DNA of 64,000 bases from positions 17,856,001 through 17,920,000 of the forward strand of contig NC_083420.1 in NCBI RefSeq assembly GCF_020745735.1, written 5' to 3'. This DNA comes from Hemiscyllium ocellatum. Its lineage: Eukaryota. Under the pieces are notes generated by a model. The model ran no database searches. It had not been told where the DNA came from and saw nothing but the letters and a program-made list of their open reading frames with translations. Both the position numbers and the translations under genes were made by a program. This document shows positions 37,625-49,989 of this stretch, piece after piece (the stretch's first letter is position 1; each line of letters opens with the position of its first letter).

Positions 37625-38075
37625 GAGTCATAGAGATGTACAGCACATAAACAGTCCAACCTGTCTATGCCGACCAGATATCCCAACCCAGTCTAGTCCC
37701 ACCTGCCAGCACCCAGCCCGTATCCTTCCAATCCCTTCCTATTCATATACCCATCCAGATTCCTTTTAAATGTGCAAATGTACCAGCCTCCACCACTTCA
37801 TCTGGCAGCTCATTCCATACTCGTACCAACCTCTGCATGAAAATGTTGTCCCTTAGGTCTCTTTTGCATCTTTCCCCTCTCACCATAAACCTATGCCCTC
37901 TAGTTCTGGACTCCCCAACCCCAGGGAAAGGACTTTGTCTATTTATCCTATCCATGCCCCTCATAATTTTGTAAACCTCTATAAGGTCACCCTTCAGCCT
38001 CCGACGTTCCAGGGAAAACAACCCCAGCCTGTTCAGCCTCTCTGTATTGCTCAAGTCCTCCAACCCTGGCACATC
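37625..38075 (-). mobile_element. CR1 3' fragment
   Basis: MPGLEDLSNTERLNRLGLFSLERRRLKGDLIEVYKIM..VWNELP. Confidence 0.92.
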
Positions 38076-38896
38076 CTTTTACCAAGCCATGCTTTCTACC
38101 CAAACTATTTGTTTATTAACTCATTCATTCATAGGATGTGATGCCACTAGTAAGGTCAACATTTATTGGCCATCCTTAATTATTCTTTGGAAAGTGATAA
38201 GCTGCCTTCTTGAACCATTGCATTATTTGTGATGTGGGTATAATCAAATGTTATTAGGGATAGAGTTCTAGGATGAGTACAGCTTTGTTTATTTTACATC
38301 CAGAGTGAAGTGGCTGACCACATTCATAAGGACAGCTTCTGGGAGCCTGCTTGTAGATTTCACAAAATAACCGAGGATAACTCTGGGATATCAATCTAAC
38401 TTTACAACATCCAATATTCAACTAAGGCCAGTTGACAGTGTATCTCACCATATTTTGTAGAACATTTAAGAATCGACATTTGTATTCTACCCATCAATGT
38501 TCTGTTCTTCATGAGATTTTTGTTAATTAAAAAAAAGTTGATTAATTTAATATTGAGTAAAATAATTGCATTGATTTATTACCAGAAATACAAAGACAAT
38601 TGCTCCTTGCTACTGTGCTAGCCAATTGTAATTTACATTTTTTAACTGTAATAAGTATCATCAATTTGTTCAGTCAAGATTTGATTGACCTGGGTACTAA
38701 TGAAAAGTCTCCTGGTGAATAATGATGAAGTGGGATAGTTCAGTATTCTTGATGTCGAACAATTGCATGAAAGTGAGGATTAATCTGAAATGTTGAGGTA
38801 AAAGATTGGAACCATTTGAATTGAGTGATATTGGATGACCTCAATGCCTGACTGAGGGCACGTGACACTTTTGGAGGATGCTGTTTCTTGGGTAAG

Positions 38897-39103
38897 ACAA
38901 AAAAAACTGCAGATGCTGGAATCCAAGGTAAACAAGCAGCAGGCTGGAAGAACACAGCAAGCCAGGCAGCATCAGGAGGTGGAGAAGTCAATGTTTTGGG
39001 TGTAACCCTTCTTCAAAATCTTCATTCCAAAATGTTGACTTCTCCACCTCCTGATGCTGCCTGGCTTGCTGTGTTCTTCCAGCCTCCTGCTTGTTCCTTG
39101 GAT
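38897..39103. mobile_element. PLE terminal hairpin (arms about 78 bp)
   Basis: 38921-38999 pairs with 39027-39103; minus-strand GAAGAAGGGTTACACCCAAAAC decayed hammerhead. Confidence 0.85.
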
Positions 39104-39660
39104 AAGGCCTTGAAGTGATGATCCATCAGCTCTCTCAGCTGGGTGTAAATGTTCCTATGGCACCATTCAAAGTTAGTTTTCCCGATGTACCTAGCTTCTT
39201 AACAAAGCTATTCCATTGCAAGAAAACACTTGCATTAATGTATCACCTTTCAGAGTTTCATTCAGTGAAATACGTTCAAAATGTATTAATTTGTTTTATT
39301 CATTTGTGGGAGGTGGGCGTCGTTGGCCGGCCAGCATTTCTTGCCCATCCCTGGTTGCTCATGAGAAGGTGGTGGTGAGCTGCCTTCATGAACTGCTGCA
39401 GTCCACCTGCTGTGGGTTGACCCACAATTCCAGTAGGAAGGGAATTCCAGGAATTTGACCCAGCAACAGTGAAGGAACAGCGATATATTTCCAAATCAGG
39501 ATGGTGAGTGGTTTGGAGGTAAACTTGCAGGGGATGGTGTTCCAATGGATCTGCTGTCCTTGTCCTTCGAGCTGCAAGTGGGTTTGGAAATTGCTGTATA
39601 AAGATCTTTGGTGAATTTCTGCAGTGCATCTTGTAGATGGTACACACTGCTGCTACTAAG

Positions 39661-40360
39661 TTTCAGTGGTGGAGCGAGTGGATGCTTATGGATGTAGTGC
39701 CAATCAAGCGGGCTGCTTTGCCCTGGATGGTGTCAAGCTTCTTGATTGTTGTTGGAGCTGTACTCATCCAGGCAAGTGGGAGTATTTCATCACACTCCTG
39801 ACTTGTGCCTTGTCGATGGTGCACAGGCTTTGGGGAGTCTGGAGGTGAGTTACTTGCCACAGTATTTCTAGCCTCTGACCTGCTGTTGTAGCCACTGTGT
39901 TTATGTGGTGATTCGAGTTGAGTTTCTGATCATTGGTAATACCCCAGGATGTTGATAGTGGGGATTTAGTGATTGTAACACCATTGAATCTCAAAGGGCA
40001 ATGGTTAGATTGTCTCTTATTGTTGATGGACACAGCCTGGCATTTGTTTAGTGTGAATGTTATTTGCCACTTCTCAGCACAAGCCTTGATATTGTTCAGA
40101 TCTTGTTACATTTGAACATGGACTGCTTCAGTATCTGAGGAGTCATGAATAGTGCTGAACAGAGCATTCCTTCCCCTGCTGACAGAGCAGGGAGAGGAAT
40201 GGTTGGTGAAGGTTCCGGGTTTTAGATGTTTCCGTAAGAACAGAGAAGATGGCGAAAGTTTGGTGGGGGGGGGGGGTAGTTTGGTGTTGATAGTGAAGGA
40301 AAAAGCAGCCCGCTTGATTGGCACTACATCCACAAGCATCCACTCGCTCCAGCACTGAAA
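39661..40360. repeat. Inverted repeat pair 39661-39719 / 40302-40360
   Basis: 57 of 59 bp reverse-complement identity. Confidence 0.93.
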
Positions 40361-42078
40361 TGCTTAAAGCTTTTTATAAGTATATCAGGAATAAAAGAAT
40401 GACTAGAGTAAGATTAGAGCCAATCAAGCATAATATTGGGAAGTTGTGCATGGATTGTGAGGAGATCGGCTACTAAGCTAGACGGGGTTGAGGTTCACAA
40501 GGCGGAGGTGTTAGTAATTCTGGAACGTGTGAAAATAGATTAGCCCCCTGGCCGGATAGGTTTATCCTACGATTCTATGGGAAGCCAGGGAGGAGATTGC
40601 AGAACTCTTGGTTTTGACCTTTATATCATCATTGCCTACAGGAAAATTGCCAGAAAACTGGACGATAGGGAATGTTGTCTCCTCATTCAAGAAGGGGAGC
40701 AGAGACAACCATGGTAATTATAGATCAGTGTACCTTACTTCGTTGGTGGGTAAAGTGTTGGAAAAGGTTATAAGAGAGAGGATTTATAATCATCTAGAGA
40801 GAAAGAAGTTGATTAGGGATAGTCAACATGGTTTTGTGAAGAGTAAGTGTGCCTCACAAGCCTTATTGAGTTCTTTGAGAAGGTGGCGAAACAGGTGGAT
40901 GAGGGTAAAGCAGTTGATGTGGTGTATGTGGATTTCAGTAAGGCATTTGATAAGGTCCCCTACGATAGTCTATTGCACAAAATATGGAGGCATGAGATTG
41001 AGGGTGATTTCTTGGTTTGGGTCAGAAATTGGATAGCTGAAAGAAGACAGAGGATGGTGGTTGATGGTAAATATTCTTCCTGGAGTTCAGTTACTAGTGA
41101 TATACTGCAAGAATCTGTTTTGAGGCCACTGCTCTTTGTCATTTTTATAAATGATTTGGATGAGGGCGCAAAAGGATGGGTTAGTAAATTTGCGGATGAC
41201 ATTAATGTTGGTGGAGTTGTGGATAGGGCAGAAAGATGTTGTAAGTTACAGAGAGATGTAGATAAGCTGCAGAGCTGGGCTGAGAGGTGGCAAATGGACT
41301 TTAATGCGGAAAAGTGTGAGGTGATTCACTTTGGAAGGAGCAACAGGAATGCAGAGTATTGGGTTAATGATAAGATTCTTGGTAGTGTAGATGAGCAGAG
41401 GGATTTTGGTGTCCACGTACACAGATTCTGGAATGTTGCCACCCAGGTTGATAGGGTTGTTCAGAAGGCATATGGTGTGTTAGCTTTTATTGGTGGAGGG
41501 ATTGCGTTTTGGAGCCATGAGGTTATGTTGCAGCTGTATAAAACTCTGGTGCAGCCACACTTGGAGTATTGCATTCATTTCTGGTCATTGTATTATAGGA
41601 AGGATGTGAAAGCTTTGGAAAGGGTGCAGAGGAGATTTACCAGGATGTTGTCTGGTATGGAGAGAAGGTCTTATGAGGAAAGGCTGAGGGACCTGAGGCT
41701 GTTATCATTGGACTGAAGGTTGAGAAGTGACTTAATTGAGACATATAAGATAATTAGATGATTAGATAGGATGGACAGTGAGAGCCTTTTTCCTTGGATG
41801 GTGATGGCTAGCACGAGGGGACATAGCTTTAAATTGAAGGGTGATAGAGAAACAGATGCCAGAGGTAGTTTCTTTATTCGGAGAGTAGTAGGGGTGTGGA
41901 ATGCCCTGCCTGCAACACTAGTAGACTCGCCAACTTTAAGGGTATTTAAATGGTCATTTGATAAATGTAAGGATGAAAATGGAATAATGTAGGATAGATG
42001 GGCTTCAGATTGGTTCCACAGGTCAATGCATTATCGAGGGCTGTAGGGCCTGCATTGCGCTATAATGTTCTATGTTCA
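40161..42078 (+). mobile_element. CR1 LINE with internal deletion (APE scrap, linker, RT, tail)
   Basis: EWLVKVPGFRCFRKNR..GGG (APE); 289-aa ORF 40847-41716 with DFSKAFDKV and FADD; TGTTCTATGTTC tail; degenerate TSD GTGCTGAAC/ATGCCGAAC. Confidence 0.93.
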
Positions 42079-42333
42079 ATGCCGAACATTGTGCAATCGG
42101 TGAACATCCCCACTCTGGCCTTATGGCGGAGGGAAGGTCATTGATGAAGCAGCTGAAGGTGGTTTAGTCGGGGCTACTAACCTGAGGAATTCCTGTAGAG
42201 ATGTCCTGGAGCTGAGATGAGTGACCTCCAACCACCATGACTAACTTTCTATCTGCCAGGGATGACTCCAACCACCAGAGAGTTTGCCCCCATACCCATT
42301 GATTCCAGTTTTGCTCGGGCTTCTTGATGCTAC

Positions 42334-42455
42334 AGCTGAAAATGTGTTGCTGGAAAAGCGCAGCAGGTCAGGCAGCATCCAAAGGGCAGGAAAATCGACA
42401 TTTCGGGCATGAGCCTTTCTTCAAGAATCCAGCATCTGCAGTCCTCACTTTCTCC
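42334..42455. mobile_element. PLE terminal stub (two opposed pieces) with 13-bp TSD
   Basis: TTCTTGATGC[T/C]AC at 42321-42333 and 42456-42468. Confidence 0.85.
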
Positions 42456-43185
42456 TTCTTGATGCCACGCTCAATTAAAAGCAGCTTTGATGTCAAGGAC
42501 TATCACTCTTGCCTCACCTCTGGAATTCAGCTCTTTTGGCCGTTTTTGGACCAAGGCTGTCATGAGGTCAGGAGCTGAGTGGCCCTGACAGAACCCAAAC
42601 TGGGCATCACTGAGCAGGTCATTGCTGAGCAGGTGCTGCTTGATAGCACTGTTTATGACGCCTTCCATGACTGATTACTTCCATTACTGATTATCAAGGG
42701 TGCTCTGATGGAGTGGTAATTGGCTGGGTTGGAGTTGTCCTGTTTTTTATATCCAGGACGTACCTGGGTAATTTTCCACATTGTTGAGAAATGCCTGTAT
42801 GTAAGTGTATTGAAAGAGCTTGGCCAGGGGAGCAGCAAGTCTGCATTTCTATTGCTTGAATCATGTCAAGGCCATAGTCTTTGTAGTATCAGTGCCTCCA
42901 ACCATTTCTTGATATCATGTTGAGTGAATCGAATTGGCTGAAGACTGGTATCTGTTAATGCTGGGGACCGCTGGAGAAGGCTGAGATGGATCATCCAGTC
43001 AACGCTTCTGGCTGAAGATCACTGCGAATGCTTCAGCCTTATCGTTTGCATTGATGTCCACCATTGAGGTGGAGATATTTGTGGAGCCTCTCTTTTAGTG
43101 AGTTGTTTAATTGTCCATCACCATTCATGAGTGGATGTGGCAGGAATGCAGAGCTTAGATCTGATTTGTTGCTTAGCTCTTAATT

Positions 43186-43348
43186 CTGTGTATCACTTAC
43201 ACACTAAGCGCTGTGTATCACGTACACACTAAGCGCTGTGTATCACATACACACTAAGCGCTGTGTATCACATACACACTAAGCCCTGTGTATCACGTAC
43301 ACACTAAGCTCTGTGTATCACATACACACTAAGCCCTGTGTATCACTT
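43186..43348. repeat. Minisatellite, 25-bp unit x 6.5
   Basis: CTGTGTATCAC[T/G/A]TACACACTAAGC[G/C/T] starting at 43186, 43211, 43236, 43261, 43286, 43311 and 43336. Confidence 0.97.
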
Positions 43349-43944
43349 GCTGCTAATGTCATTTGTCATGCTAGCAGTTCCTGTTTGGTGGCTTCACCTG
43401 GTTGACAGTTCATTTTCAGGTATGCCTGCTGCTGGTATGCTTCATTGAACCAATGGAGAGTGCAGGAGGACATGCCAATGGAGGCAATGGAACTAGCATT
43501 TTGCTAAAAGCAAGTGCTCATGGAAAGCAGGCCAATATTGGCCAATTTCAGTGATGCTGTTTGAGGAATAATTGCTGATTGAAACACTGGGGAGAGCTCT
43601 TTGCTTTTCTTCAAGTAGAGCATTCTGGATTGTTTAAGCCAGTCTGAAAGATGTCACGATTGATGGTCCTGAACAAGAGGAAATACTCGGTCTACTTTTT
43701 GCCACTAATTGCTTGTTATGACGGGAACATTTCATGTCTGATTTTAATTCAAATGGATAAATTGAGTTTTTTTTAGGCTGGAGGACTTGAATGTGTTGGT
43801 TAATATCTCCAGTCTGGTCTTGGTTACCTTATTCCAATTTCATCTTCAGATTTGAAGTGCATATTGCTAAGAGAAAGGAAGGACTGACTGCTACCTGAAT
43901 ACGCTAAGCTATTTTCATGAATTGTTTGAGTTCAAAAATCAGGG

Positions 43945-44715
43945 TGATCATAGAGGAAAGCATTCATCCCTCCTGCCTGTTTCCCTGTTTGGCTGATCTA
44001 TGTCTTCACTCCTTTAGACTGCAGTCAGTCTATAACCTTCATTCACCTCACCGGACAAAGTTCGACGAGTCACCATTTGAAGTTTTCAAATGACCCAAGA
44101 CATCAATCAGTCTTTTGCACACAGAGTTCCAGGCTATCACCACTCTTTGCGCGTAGAAATGCTTCTTGATATCGCTTCTGAACAGTCACATTATTGTACA
44201 TCAGGGAAATAGACCCTTCGATCCAACTCGTTCATGCTGAACAGATATCCTAAATTTATCTAGTCCCATTTGCGAGCACTTGGCCCATATTCCTCTAAAC
44301 CCTTCCTATTCAGATACCCATCCAGATGCCTTTTAAATGCTGTAATTGTACCAGCCTCCACCACTTCCTCTAGCAATTTGTTCCATACATGTACCACCCT
44401 CTGCATGAAAAAGCTGCCCTTTAGGTCCCCTTTATATCTTTACCCTCTCACCTGAAACCTTTACCATCTAGTTTTGGACTCCCCTACGCTAGAAAAAAGA
44501 CCTTGTCTAGTTATCCTATCCATACCCCTCATGATTTTATAAACCTCTATTAGGTCACCCCTTAGCCTCCGACGATCCAGGGAAAACAGCCCCCGCCTAT
44601 TCAGCCTCTCCCTCCCACCCTGGCAATATCTTTATAAATCTTTTCTGCACCCTTTCACGTTTATCAGCATCTTTCCTATAGCCGAGAAACCAGAATTGAA
44701 TGTGGTATTTCAAAA
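43945..44715 (-). mobile_element. Two adjacent CR1 3' fragments
   Basis: Older piece 43945-44185; younger piece 44186-44715 similar to 37625-38075. Confidence 0.8.
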
Positions 44716-45978
44716 TTCAATTCATTCTTGGCATTATACATAGATCTCAGAGAGTAACCTGGATATCAACAGCACCTCATAGGTTAAGACAATGGACAAT
44801 AGACAATAGGTGCAGGAGTAGGCCATTCTGCCCTTTGAGCCAGCACCACCATTCATTATGATCATGGCTGATCATCCTCAGTCAGTATCCTGTTCCTGCC
44901 TTATCCCCATAATCCTTGATTCCACTATCCTTAAGAGCTCTATCCAACTCTTTCTTGAAAGTATCCAGAGACTTGGCCTCCAATTCCTTCTCAGGCAGAG
45001 CATTCCGTACACCCACCACTCTCTGGGTGAAGAACTTTCTCCTCATCTCTGTTCTAAGTGGCCTACCCCTTATTTTTAAACTGTGTCCTCTGGTCCGGGA
45101 CTCACCCATCAGCAGAAACATGCTTCCTGCCTCCAGAGTGTCCAATCCTTTAACAATCTTATATGTCTCAATCAGATCTCCTCTCAGTCTTCTAAACTCA
45201 AGGGTATACAAGCCCAGTCACTCCAATCTTTCGGCGTAAGATAGTCCCATCATTCTGGGAATTGACCTCGTGAACCTATACTGCACTCCCTCAATAGCCA
45301 GAATGTTTTTCCTCAAATTTGGAGACCAAAACTGCACACAATATTCCAGGTGCGGTCTCACCTTGGCCCTATACAGCTGCAGAAAGACCTCTTTGCTTCT
45401 ATACTCAATTCCTCTTGTTATGAAGGCCAGCATGCTATTAGCTTTCTTCACTGCCTGCTATACCTGCATGCTTGCTTTCATTGACTGATGTACAAGAACA
45501 CCTAGATCTCGTTGTACTGCCCCTTTCCCTAACTTGACTCCATTTAGGTAGTAATCTGCCTTCCTGTTCATGCCACCAAAGTGGATAACCACATATTCAT
45601 CCACATTACACTGCATCTGCCATGCATCCATTCACTCAGCTAACCTGTCCTGGTCACCCTGTATTCTCCTAACATCCTCCTCACATTTCACCCTGCACCC
45701 AGCTTTGTATCATCAACAAATTTGCTAATATTACTTTTAATACCTTCATCTATATCATTAATGTACATTGTAAAAAGCTGCGGTCCCAGCACTGATCCCT
45801 GCGGTACCCCACTGGTCACCACCTGCCATTCCGAAAGGGTGCCATTTATCACTACTCTTTGTTTCCTGTCAGCCAACCAATATTCAATCCATGTCAGTAT
45901 TTTGCCCCTAATACCAGGTGCCCTAATTTTGCTCACAAACCTCCTATGTGGGACTTTATCAAAGGCTTTCTGAAGCCG

Positions 45979-46294
45979 TGGGCAACACAGTGGCACAGTG
46001 GTTAGCACTGCTGCCTCACAGCGCCAGAGACCCGGGTTCAATTCCCGCTTCAGGCGACTGACTGTGTGGAGTTTGCACGTTCTCCCCGTGTCTGTGTGGG
46101 TTTCCTCCTGGTGCTCCGGTTTCCTTCCACAGTCCAAAGATGTGCGGGTCAGGTGAATTGGTCATGCTAAATTACCCATAGTGTTAGGTAAGGGGTAAAT
46201 GTAGGGGTATGGGTGGGTTGCGCTTCGGCGGGTCGGTGTGGACTTGTTGGGCCGAAGGGCCTGTTTCCACACTAAGTAATCTAATCTAATCTAA
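45979..46294 (+). mobile_element. HE1 SINE inserted in the CR1 RT region
   Basis: A-box TGGCACAGTGG, B-box GGTTCAATTCC, (ATCTA)3 tail. Confidence 0.93.
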
Positions 46295-46503
46295 ACTACA
46301 TCCACTGGATCTCCCTTGTCCATCTTCAGAGTTACATCCTCAAAAAATTCCAGAAGTTTAGTCAAGCACGATTTCCCCTTCATAAATCCATGCTGACTCT
46401 AACCTATCCTGTTACTGCTATCCAGATGTGTCATAATTTAGTCCTTTATAATTGACTCCAGCATCTTTCCCACCACTGAGGTCAGACTAACTGGTCTATA
46501 ATT

Positions 46504-46920
46504 GACAAAAACTGCATGAATTCATGTAAAATCCGTTATCTCACTTTTTAGATTGGAATCAACCTAAACATCATGGAATAGACAGAGAACACAGGGGGCC
46601 AACACCTTCAACATATTATCTAGCTATCTCCATTGTTAACAGCTAACCCGAGAATGCAACTTTTTAAAAAAAAGGTTTTGTGATTTACACATGAAAGAAG
46701 TGAAACTATCACGATATTCTAACAGATGAAAGGCTTAACAGACAATCAATTTTTCAATGTATAATTTCAGTTACATCACACTGTAAATTTTTGCTATAAA
46801 TTCTGTGTGTTAGGATTGAGCCCTCCACTGCCGCCTGATGAAGGAGCATCACTCCGAAAGCTAGTGTGCTTCCAGTTAAACCTGTTGGACTATAACCTGG
46901 TGTTGTGTGATTTTTAACTT
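46504..46920 (+). mobile_element. PLE (second family) fragment with exact 12-bp TSD
   Basis: TGGTCTATAATT at 46492-46503 and 46921-46932; ends in the same terminus as the 24149-24215 arm. Confidence 0.85.
46832..46866 (+). ncRNA. Minimal hammerhead ribozyme motif (PLE family 2)
   Basis: CGC-CTGATGA-A-GGAG(CATCA)CTCC-GAAA-GCTA-GTG; palindromic AGCT, CUA site; activity untested. Confidence 0.65.
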
Positions 46921-48699
46921 TGGTCTATAATTCTCTGTTTTGTCTCTCCCTCCTTTCTTAAAAAGTGAGACAATATTAGTCACCCTCCAATCCACAGGAA
47001 CTGATCCTGAATCTATAGAACATTGAAAAATGATCACCAATGCATCCACGATTTCTAGAGCCACCTCCTTCAGTACCCTGGGATGTAGACCATCAGGTCC
47101 CAGGGATTTATCAGCCTTCAGGTCTAACAGTCTGTCCAACACCATTTCATGCCTAATATAAATTCCCTTCAGTTCAGGTCCTTCAGCCACTGTTACATCT
47201 TGGAGATTGCTCGTGTCTTCCCCAGTGAAGACAGGTCTAAAGTACCAATTCAACTCTTCTGCCATTTCTTTGTTCCCTGTAATAAATTCACCCATTTCTA
47301 TCTTCAAGGGCCCAATTTTAGTCTTAACCATTTTTTTTCTTTTCACATATGTAAAAAAGCCTTTACTATCCTCCTTTATATTTTTGGCCAATTTAACTTC
47401 GTCCCTTATTTTTTCGTTGCGTATTTCCTTTTTCATTATCCTCTGGTGTTCTTTAAAAGCTTCTCAATTCTCCGATTTCCCACTCATCTTTGCTATGTTA
47501 TACTTTTTCCCTTTTGTCTTTATATCATCCCTCGTCAGCCACCCCTGCGTCCCCTTAGGATCTTTCTTCCTTTTTGGAATGAATTGATCCTGCATCTTCT
47601 ACATTATACCCAGAAATACCTGCCATTGTTGTTCCACTGCCATCCCTGCTAGGGTATTGAACCATTGAATTTTGGCCAGCTCCTCCCTCATAGTTCCATA
47701 GTTCCCCTTATTCAACTGAAATATTGTCACTTCCGATTCTACCCTCTCCCTTTCAAACTGCAGATTAAAGCTTATTGTATTGTGGTCACTACCTCCTAAT
47801 GGCTCCTTTACTTTGAGGTCCCTGACCAAATCCGGTTCGTTACACAACACCAGATCCAGAATTGCTTTCTCCCTGGGAGGCTCCAGCACAAGCTGTTCTA
47901 AGAATCCATCTCGGAGGCACTCCACAAACTCCCTTCCTTGGGGTCCAGTAACATCCTGATTCTCCCAGTCTACCTGCATGTTGATATCCCCCATAACAAC
48001 TGTAGTAATATCTTTGCGACAGGCCAATTTCAGCTCCTTATTCAACTTACATCCAGGCTTTTGTATGGGGGCCTGTGGATAACTTCCATTAGGGTCTTTC
48101 TACCCTTAGAATTTCTCAGCTCTATCCATACTGACTCTACATTCCCTGATTCTAGGTCTGAATATCATTCCTTACCAACAGGGCCACCCCACCCCCTCTG
48201 CCAGTCAGTCCTTCCTTACGATACCACGTATAGCCTTGAATATTCATTTTCCAGGCCCTGTCCACCTGCAGCCATGTCTCAGTCATCCCCACAACATCGT
48301 AACTGCCAATTTCCAAAAAAGCCTCAAGCTCATCCACCTTATTTCTAATGCTTCATGCATTCATATATAAGGATGCATTCATATGCATTCGTGAATTCAT
48401 ATATTAAGGATGGATATAGTTCCATATGGAAGGCAGTTTAAATGAACGTCACTGGGCTGGTACCCGGAATGAAGGGTTATCTTATCAGAAGTATGGATTA
48501 GGGTGCACCTATACTTACTGGAACTTGAAGAATAAGTGCTGATTGTATTGGAACATATGATTCAGAGGGCCGAGTTCTAGTTCATTCTCTTAGTTCTGAT
48601 TGGCCCCATGCGAAGGGAAACTGTTTCCCTCTATCTAGCAAATCCTTCAGTGTGGGTGAAGAGAAAAAACAAAATGTAGTGAGCAAACCTAACATTTAG

Positions 48700-48900
48700 A
48701 GTCAAAACGTATGGCACTGGAAAAGCACAGTGGGTCAGGCAGCATCCGAGGAGCAGGATGTCACAATCCTGATGAAGAGCATATGCCCGAAACGTCGACT
48801 CTCTTGCTTCTCAGATGCTGTCTGACTTGCTGTGCTTTTCCAGCATCACATTTTTTGACTCTGACTCTCCAGCATCTGCAGTCCTCACTTTCTCCTCGAT
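48700..48900. mobile_element. PLE terminal hairpin with 11-bp TSD
   Basis: CTAACATTTAG (48689-48699) and CTAATATTTAG (48901-48911); CTGATGAAGAGCATATGCCCGAAACGTC at 48769-48796. Confidence 0.85.
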
Positions 48901-49989
48901 CTAATATTTAGCCCGTTTCCTCTGGAGCTACCCAATGCCACTTCAACTGTTTTGCCTAGTTCCAGCAACCATGATGTGTGCATTGCAGATAGAAACAGTG
49001 TGGACAGACTGGGCCTGCTCTTTGTCACTAGCTGAGCACTGCCAGAGGAACGTAGTTCTCCATCTCAGTGACGGCTAGATTTAGGGCCTGGAGAGGTGAC
49101 CGCTGAAGTACTCCCAGCTGCTTTTAAACAAACAACTTCTAATTTCTACCACTTCTGTGAGGGAGCCTCCAACCTTTAAATGTAACTTGGCACAACTTTG
49201 TGATGTAAAACTTAATTAAAGTCAAACACTTCCCATCTGCTTAGAGCCAAAAGCAAATAGTCATGGTCTGGTGTCAATGTTTGTGCCTACTGCTGTCTCA
49301 TGGGTTCGTCTACAACGTCTTTGACGTGGGTGGCTTGACAAGGGGTTCATGATGGATGCTTTTACAGACAGACTAGACAAGGCCCTTGTACATATGGTAC
49401 CCTTGTGACCCTTTCAGCTTTTAATATTCGCACGTGATCTCGATCACCTAACACCTTCAAGAATATGTTTCTGCAGAGGGGAAACACAGATTTCACAGAA
49501 TCCTCTCAATTAATCATTGTTATGATAGTTTATAGCAGGGTATTCTCCAGACATAATAGCATGACTTAGTTCTGTGATTCATGCTCATTGCTTCTTGTGT
49601 TGCCTACTTTTCATATTTGAATGATATCCTTTTTGTAAATATCATTCTCTAGATGTGGGCATCATTATCAAAGCCAGAAACAATGGCTAATCCCTAGTTG
49701 CTCCGAGAAGGCGGTGATAATCAGCTCTCCTCTTAAACTACAGTCTGTTAAATGCAAATGCTCTCCTCATGCTTTTAGAATCACATGAACTCACTTCTAT
49801 CTGCATTGCATATGACAGACTATAACTATGAATCCTTAAGAAGACCCTATCGGAGTATACAGAGAGGATTGCATGCTCAATTACTTTAATGGTATGCAGT
49901 AAAAGAGATAGAAATTGAGAATCGGAGAGCAGGCACCATAAATAAAATAATAAACAGCTTACTGCAGATAAAGCCAATAAAGCAAAAAA

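Larger units (their letters stand above)
39297..43460 (-). mobile_element. LINE-B, long degenerate copy split by CR1, PLE and a minisatellite
   Basis: CTIYKMHCRNSP..RCSFTVAGSNSWNSLP; LLSDAQFGFC..IVLDIKAAFN; colinear across the 40161-42078 insertion. Confidence 0.85.
44788..48370 (-). mobile_element. CR1 LINE with near-complete disrupted ORF2 (APE + RT + C-terminus)
   Basis: YDVVGMTETW..GGGVALLVR, VVMGDIN, LDLVLCN, GGSDHN (APE); GPDGLHPRVLKE; [16 protein letters not shown]; (ATTGTCT)n tail. Confidence 0.95.

Noticed and set aside
40847-41716. Functional or domesticated reverse transcriptase
   Set aside because: Frameshift upstream, premature stop, degenerate PQG motif (DILQES); an ordinary CR1 remnant
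43186-43348. CRISPR-like array
   Set aside because: Units are head-to-tail with no unique spacers; vertebrate context; no cas genes
49299-49352. VFDVGG peptide resembling the G-protein DxxG motif
   Set aside because: Lacks the following Q, stops 5 codons later, no exon context
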